A stretch of 64,000 nt of DNA from Blastococcus sp. (GTDB lineage Bacteria > Actinomycetota > Actinomycetes > Mycobacteriales > Geodermatophilaceae). The notes beneath the pieces were generated by a model. It saw nothing but the letters and a program-made list of their open reading frames with translations. It was not told the DNA's origin and did not search any database. Of the stretch, positions 56,973 to 64,000 are shown in pieces (position 1 is the stretch's first letter; every line of letters starts with the position of its first letter). Both the position numbers and the translations under genes were made by a program. The stretch is from assembly GCA_025965795.1 (NCBI GenBank), contig JAOPWH010000118.1, positions 5,091 through 69,090 of the forward strand, read 5' to 3'.

Positions 56973-57788
56973 GTGTCGACTCGATCACTGGGGGAGCTCA
57001 GCTGGGTCGACGTCCACCAGGTCGCGCAGGCGATGCCGCTCGTCGTGCTGCCCATCGGCGCGGTGGAGCAGCACGGACCGCACCTGCCCCTTCTCGTCGA
57101 CAGCATCGTCGTGGAAGCCATCGCGGCAGAGGTCTCAGTGCGCACTGGGGTGGCAGTGGCTCCGACGTTCTCGTACTCGTCGTCCCAAGGACACAGCAGC
57201 GTCTTCCCGGGCACTCTCGCACTGTCCCCTCGCACGACGGAACGGGCATTGGCCGAGATCAGCCGGTGGTTGGTGAACGCCGGCTTCACCCGACTCTTCC
57301 TGCTCAACGGGCATCTGGGCAACACCGGCGTCCTGTGGAACGCGGTCGACAACCTGATCGCGGAGCTCAGCCCGCGGGTGAGCATCGCCGGGCACAGTTG
57401 GTGGGACGTCGACAGCGAGCTGTGGTCGCAGGTCACAGCGGACGTGCCCGGCAGCCGTGGGGAGTTCCACGCGAATCTGGCGGAGACGGCGCTGATGCTG
57501 CATCTGCGACCCGACCTGGTGAGGATGGACCGAGCCGTCGACCAGCCGGAGGCCGCCTGGGCGTTCGCCTACGACATGAGCCGCAAATCCGAGTCCGGCG
57601 CCATCGGCCGATCGATCACCCAGGCCACACCGGAACTCGGGCGGCACCTGTTCGAACAGGCAGTGGCGGCCGTCACCGCCCTGGTCCACCGCATGCTGGC
57701 GGAAGCGCCGCCGGCGGCTCCTGCTGGCGACATCGGCGACTGGCGGGATACCGCGGTCCGTCGAATCACTTCACAGGAGGAAGGTTGA
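56973..57788 (+). CDS. Creatininase-family amidohydrolase
   Basis: GAVEQHGPHLPLLVD, FPGTL, NGHLGN, HANLAETA; AGGAGG RBS. Confidence 0.92.
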   Translation: MSTRSLGELSWVDVHQVAQAMPLVVLPIGAVEQHGPHLPLLVDSIVVEAIAAEVSVRTGVAVAPTFSYSSSQGHSSVFPGTLALSPRTTERALAEISRWLVNAGFTRLFLLNGHLGNTGVLWNAVDNLIAELSPRVSIAGHSWWDVDSELWSQVTADVPGSRGEFHANLAETALMLHLRPDLVRMDRAVDQPEAAWAFAYDMSRKSESGAIGRSITQATPELGRHLFEQAVAAVTALVHRMLAEAPPAAPAGDIGDWRDTAVRRITSQEEG

Positions 57789-57792
57789 TCTG

Positions 57793-58503
57793 ATGGAACA
57801 TCGTCCCCGGTACGCGCTGATACCCGGCGATCCCTCTCGCGTCCATCGACTGCTCGACCAGCTGGACGGCTCGGCCGTGGTCGACGGGCCGTCATACCTG
57901 GTGGAGGGAACCGGCACCGTCTCCGGCGAGCCGGTCCTGGTGGCGGCGACCGGGATGGGTGGCCCCAGCGTGGTCGAGACCGTCCGGCGGCTGGCGGACC
58001 GGGGCGTCGACACGTTCATCCGCGTGGGTGGAGCAGGTCCGGTCGCCGACCACGTCACGGCCGGGGACATCATCGTCGCCTCGGCCGCCGTCCGGCACGA
58101 GGGCGCGTCCCGCTCGCTGCTGCCGCCGTCGTTCCCGGCGGTCGCGGACCCAGGGGTGACCGAATCGCTGCTGGCGGCAGCCCTCGAGCGACGGCCGCAG
58201 GCGCTCTGTGGGGTGGTCCACACCAAGGACTCGTTCTTCGGTGAGGTGGACCCGGCCAGCAGTCCTGTCGAAGGGGAACTCCTTGCGGCCTGGCACGCGT
58301 GGCAGCGGCTGGGTGTCCTGGCGAGCGAGATGGAGGCTTCGGTCCTGTTCTGCCTCGCCCTCCGGGAGGGGCTGCGCGCGGGAACCGTGCTCAAGGTGAA
58401 CGCGATCGGGGACCACGCCGCTGAAGCGTGGCGCGACGACGTGGACCTGTGCCGGATCGCCGTCGACGGACTGGCCCGACTGATAGGGATCGACCGTGGC
58501 TGA
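57793..58503 (+). CDS. NP-I (uridine phosphorylase-like) subunit A; retains cis catalytic motifs
   Basis: PGDPSR, TGMGGPS, IRVG, PAVAD, EME; lacks N-terminal YH and REY. Confidence 0.85.
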   Translation: MEHRPRYALIPGDPSRVHRLLDQLDGSAVVDGPSYLVEGTGTVSGEPVLVAATGMGGPSVVETVRRLADRGVDTFIRVGGAGPVADHVTAGDIIVASAAVRHEGASRSLLPPSFPAVADPGVTESLLAAALERRPQALCGVVHTKDSFFGEVDPASSPVEGELLAAWHAWQRLGVLASEMEASVLFCLALREGLRAGTVLKVNAIGDHAAEAWRDDVDLCRIAVDGLARLIGIDRG

Positions 58504-59155
58504 GCTCTATCACCTGGGCGTGGACGTCGAGGCCGTCCCGTCACAGGTCCTCCTGGTGGGCCCCGACTTCCCGCTCACGGACCTGCTGTCGCGGTGGGAC
58601 GCCGTGTCGCTCGTCGCCAGGCGGGAGTACTCGTCACACCTGGTCGAGCGCTCGGGACGGCGGATCCTGGTCGTGCGGGTCGGAGTCGGCGCTCCACCAC
58701 TCGCCATCGCGCTCGAGGAGCTGTCCCGGGCGGGTGCGTCCACCTTCATCCTGGTGGGGACGGCGACCGGCATGTCAGCGCCCGAGCTCCCCTTGGTGCC
58801 GACCGGAGCCGTGCGGGGTGAGGGCACGAGTGACCAGTACGCACCGATCGCCTATCCCGCAGTCCCCGACGCACCCCTGCGAGCCCGTCTCGGCCGGCAG
58901 CTGGGCAGCAGCGGGGTCGCGGCCGGCCTCGTCCGCTCGGTGGACGTGGTCGAGCCGACCGACCAGCATCCGCTCGTCGCGGCCACGGACATGCTCTGTG
59001 CCTGTCTCTTCGTCGTGGCCGCTGCCAGGCAGGTGCGCGCGGCCGCGGCCGTCGTCGATACCGCTGCGCCGCCGGCCATGACCTCCGCGGTCGCCGAGGC
59101 GGCATTGCAGACGCTCGTCACCGACCGCCTCGACGAGGGAGGACGCCTTTCATGA
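58496..59155 (+). CDS. NP-I (uridine phosphorylase-like) subunit B; retains only trans motifs
   Basis: YHLG, RREY, AIALEEL, RGEGTS, YPAVPD; lacks GDPxR, RVG Arg and EME. Confidence 0.8.
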   Translation: MAELYHLGVDVEAVPSQVLLVGPDFPLTDLLSRWDAVSLVARREYSSHLVERSGRRILVVRVGVGAPPLAIALEELSRAGASTFILVGTATGMSAPELPLVPTGAVRGEGTSDQYAPIAYPAVPDAPLRARLGRQLGSSGVAAGLVRSVDVVEPTDQHPLVAATDMLCACLFVVAAARQVRAAAAVVDTAAPPAMTSAVAEAALQTLVTDRLDEGGRLS

Positions 59156-59937
59156 CCGACACCGCGCCCACGCCGCTCAAGGGTTCGACCGGCCGGCAGT
59201 ACCACATCAAAGTGGCCCCGGGCGAGGTCGGAGGCGTCGTCCTGATGCCGGGCGATCCGTTCCGCGTGCAGCTCATCGCCGATCGGCTCGAGGACGCGGT
59301 GGAGGTCGCCCACGCTCGCGAGTACCGCACGGTCGTCGGCACGTACAAGGGAAGGACGGTGGCGGCCACCTCGACGGGCATCGGTTGCCCGTCGGCGGCG
59401 ATCGCCGTCGAGGAGCTGGCGAGGTGCGGGGTGCACACCTTCATCCGTGTGGGCAGCACGGCCGCGCTGCAGGACCACGTCGCCGTCGGCGACCTCGTGG
59501 TCAATACCGGCACCTACCGCAACGACGGCACGTCACTTGCGTACGCGCCGCTCGGCTATCCCGCGGTGCCCGACACGGAGCTGACGATGTCGCTGTTGAC
59601 CGTCGCCCGGGAGCACGCCGCCTCGGCCGGGACCTCGGTCCACGTAGGGATCAACGTGTCCGACGACGCGTTCTACGCGGAGGGTCCCGAGTGGATGGAA
59701 AGGATGACCTCCTTGGGGCTGCTCAACGTCGAGATGGAGAGCGCGGCCATCTTCACCGTCGCTCGCCTTCGGGGGCTGCGCGCGGGCATGGTCTGCGGTG
59801 TCTCCGGCAATCTGGTGACCGGGGACGCCCCCTACGGGGGAGACCACAACGCACGACTGGCGCGCGGCTGGGAGCAGAGCATCGACATCGCTCTCGAGGC
59901 GGCCCATCGCCTGGCGCCGGTTCCCCAGGCCGGGTAG
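59152..59937 (+). CDS. Nucleoside phosphorylase (NP-I), complete motif set
   Basis: QYHI, PGDPFR, AREY, STGIGCPS, IRVGS, VEME. Confidence 0.92.
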   Translation: MTDTAPTPLKGSTGRQYHIKVAPGEVGGVVLMPGDPFRVQLIADRLEDAVEVAHAREYRTVVGTYKGRTVAATSTGIGCPSAAIAVEELARCGVHTFIRVGSTAALQDHVAVGDLVVNTGTYRNDGTSLAYAPLGYPAVPDTELTMSLLTVAREHAASAGTSVHVGINVSDDAFYAEGPEWMERMTSLGLLNVEMESAAIFTVARLRGLRAGMVCGVSGNLVTGDAPYGGDHNARLARGWEQSIDIALEAAHRLAPVPQAG

Positions 59938-59941
59938 CGCG

Positions 59942-60922
59942 ATGATCGGGCTCAGGATGAACCTGCACACCCATCTCGAGGGTTGGTTGCGTCCGGCGAC
60001 CGCGCGTGAGCTGGCCCACGCGAACGGTGTTCCCAGCCCGCCGCAGGGCTGGGAGGCCGCCCTGCGGATGCCGTCCGCGGGCACCCTGACCGACTATCTC
60101 GCGCACGTCGCGGCCGCCTATCCCGTCCTCGGGCACGCCGGGGCCCTGACCCGCGTCACCCGCGAGGCGGTCGAGGACGCGGCCGCCGATGGCACCGCCT
60201 TCCTGGAGCTGCGCGCCGGACCCACCACCCATGTACGGGCCGGCCTGTCGCTGGACGCCGTCGTCGACGCCATGTGCGCAGGTCTGGCCGAGGGAGTTCT
60301 CGGAACCGGCATGCCGGCTGTCCTCGTCCTGGCGGTCCTGCGCGAGTTCGACGAGGAGGCCGCTCTCGAGGTCGTCGAGTCGGCGATCCGTCATCAGGAC
60401 GTCGGCGTGGTGGGCGTGGACCTCGCCGGGGACGAGGCCCGGTACCCGGACCTCAGGCGCTACGCCAAGGCGTTCGCCCGGGCGCGGTCGGCGGGCCTGG
60501 GGGTCACGGCTCACGCCGCCGAAGCCGCAGACGCGTCGGCGGCTCGACAGGCGCACGAGCTTCTCGGCGTGCACCGGATCGGACACGGGAGCCGAGTGGT
60601 TCTCGATCCGGAGGAACTGTCCTGGGCGGTCGACAACGGCCTCTGCTTCGAGGTCTGCCCCACCTCCAACGTCCTGACCGGCGCGGTGGGAACACTCGCC
60701 GAGCACCCCCTCGCTCCGATGCTCGCGGCGGGCGCGCGAGTCGTGCTCGGTGACGACGACCCGGTGACCACCGGCGCGCCGCTGTCCCACGAGCGCCGGC
60801 TGGTCACCGAAGGGATGGGGCTGGACCGGGGCCGGCTGCAGGCCATGAGCGACGCCGCCCTCGATGTCGCCTTCTGCTCCGATGCGGTCAGACGGTCCCT
60901 CCGCGAGGCCGGCGCCGGCTGA
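59942..60922 (+). CDS. Adenosine deaminase-family protein
   Basis: NLHTHLEG, DLAGDE, HAAE, RIGHG, EVCPTSN, DDDP. Confidence 0.9.
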   Translation: MIGLRMNLHTHLEGWLRPATARELAHANGVPSPPQGWEAALRMPSAGTLTDYLAHVAAAYPVLGHAGALTRVTREAVEDAAADGTAFLELRAGPTTHVRAGLSLDAVVDAMCAGLAEGVLGTGMPAVLVLAVLREFDEEAALEVVESAIRHQDVGVVGVDLAGDEARYPDLRRYAKAFARARSAGLGVTAHAAEAADASAARQAHELLGVHRIGHGSRVVLDPEELSWAVDNGLCFEVCPTSNVLTGAVGTLAEHPLAPMLAAGARVVLGDDDPVTTGAPLSHERRLVTEGMGLDRGRLQAMSDAALDVAFCSDAVRRSLREAGAG

Positions 60923-61010
60923 CGCCACGGCGGACGTTCGGCCACCAGTCAGCGCTTCCGACCCGTCGGCGGAGGTCCCGCTCGTCTCTCGGTGTCCGCG
61001 GAGGCCCCGG

Positions 61011-63392
<2,382 letters not shown>

Positions 63393-63438
63393 GGCTTCTC
63401 CATCTGTCGTCGGCGCCCTCGCGGTGGCCGTCTGCTGT

Positions 63439-64000
63439 CTACCCGAGGGACGGGAGGACGCAGAACTCGTTGCCGTCGGGATCGACCATGACCACCCACC
63501 CGACGTCGCCCTGGCCGGTGTCGATCCGCGTCGCCCCGAGTGAGACGAGACGGTCCACCTCAGCTTGCTGGTCGCCGTCTGCCGGCGGGGCGAGATCGAG
63601 ATGGAGTCGGTTCTTCCCCGTCTTCGGACTCACCGGCGGACCGCCCCAGGTGATCTTCGGACCACCGTGTGGCGAGCGGATCGCGGTCTCCTGGTCCTGG
63701 TCCCAGACCAGCGGCCAGCCCAGCGCCTCGCTCCAGAAGTACCCGACCGCCTGCGAACCGTCGCTGGACAGCGCGCCGATGAATCCGCAGTCGGCGAGGA
63801 AGTTGTTCCCCGGCTCGATGACGCAGAACTCGTTGCCCTCGGGATCGGCGAGCACCACATGTGCCGCGTCAGACCCCTGGCCGATGTCGATTCGCCGCGC
63901 GCCGAGGGCGAGTGCCCTGGCCACCGTCTCCTGCTGGTCGTCGAGCGACGTGCTGGTCAGGTCGAAGTGCATCTGGTTCGGGCCGGTCTTCGGCTCGTCG
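63439..64000 (-). CDS. VOC/glyoxalase-like protein with two repeats, 5' end outside window
   Basis: HFDL...[11 protein letters not shown] and KNRLHLDL...[10 protein letters not shown]. Confidence 0.88.
   Translation of the reverse strand, partial: DEPKTGPNQMHFDLTSTSLDDQQETVARALALGARRIDIGQGSDAAHVVLADPEGNEFCVIEPGNNFLADCGFIGALSSDGSQAVGYFWSEALGWPLVWDQDQETAIRSPHGGPKITWGGPPVSPKTGKNRLHLDLAPPADGDQQAEVDRLVSLGATRIDTGQGDVGWVVMVDPDGNEFCVLPSLG

Noticed and set aside
56973-57788. Mycofactocin peptidase MftE
   Set aside because: Same family, but no mftA-D genes nearby; the context is nucleoside catabolism.

Overview
High-GC actinobacterial DNA. The gene content resembles Geodermatophilaceae (Blastococcus/Geodermatophilus-like); this assignment is inference. 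I found about 55 plausible CDSs and no rRNA, tRNA, CRISPR array or transposase. Left to right: cysD(3')-cysN, a CynX-type MFS transporter, a P450, an anti-sigma-like gene and an HTH gene, hrpA, and a MarR-MFS pair. Next comes a block of secreted proteins (PKD; a 1358-aa zincin-like/beta-propeller protein; beta-helix-RTX; LamG) around an adenylate cyclase-NTPase-TPR protein. Then two acyl-CoA dehydrogenases, YihY and a hemerythrin-domain gene. A translationally coupled five-gene membrane operon follows (pseudo-PAP2/kinase fusion, lipoprotein, LPG-synthase-type flippase, two intact PAP2s), then phaC-phaZ, a two-component system, a diguanylate cyclase and a decayed DUF4396 gene behind a CsoR box. 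A ~15-kb divergent nucleoside-catabolism locus (46070-60922), a UvrA-like gene and a VOC gene end the window. Best candidates for new biology: (1) two adjacent nucleoside phosphorylase paralogues with reciprocal loss of cis and trans active-site residues, predicting an obligate heteromeric enzyme inside an uncharacterised modified-nucleoside pathway that also has AtzG/E/H-like and creatininase-family amidohydrolases; (2) the pseudo-phosphatase/kinase/flippase/phosphatase operon. All calls come from motif reading by eye; no database searches were run, and many start codons are best estimates.
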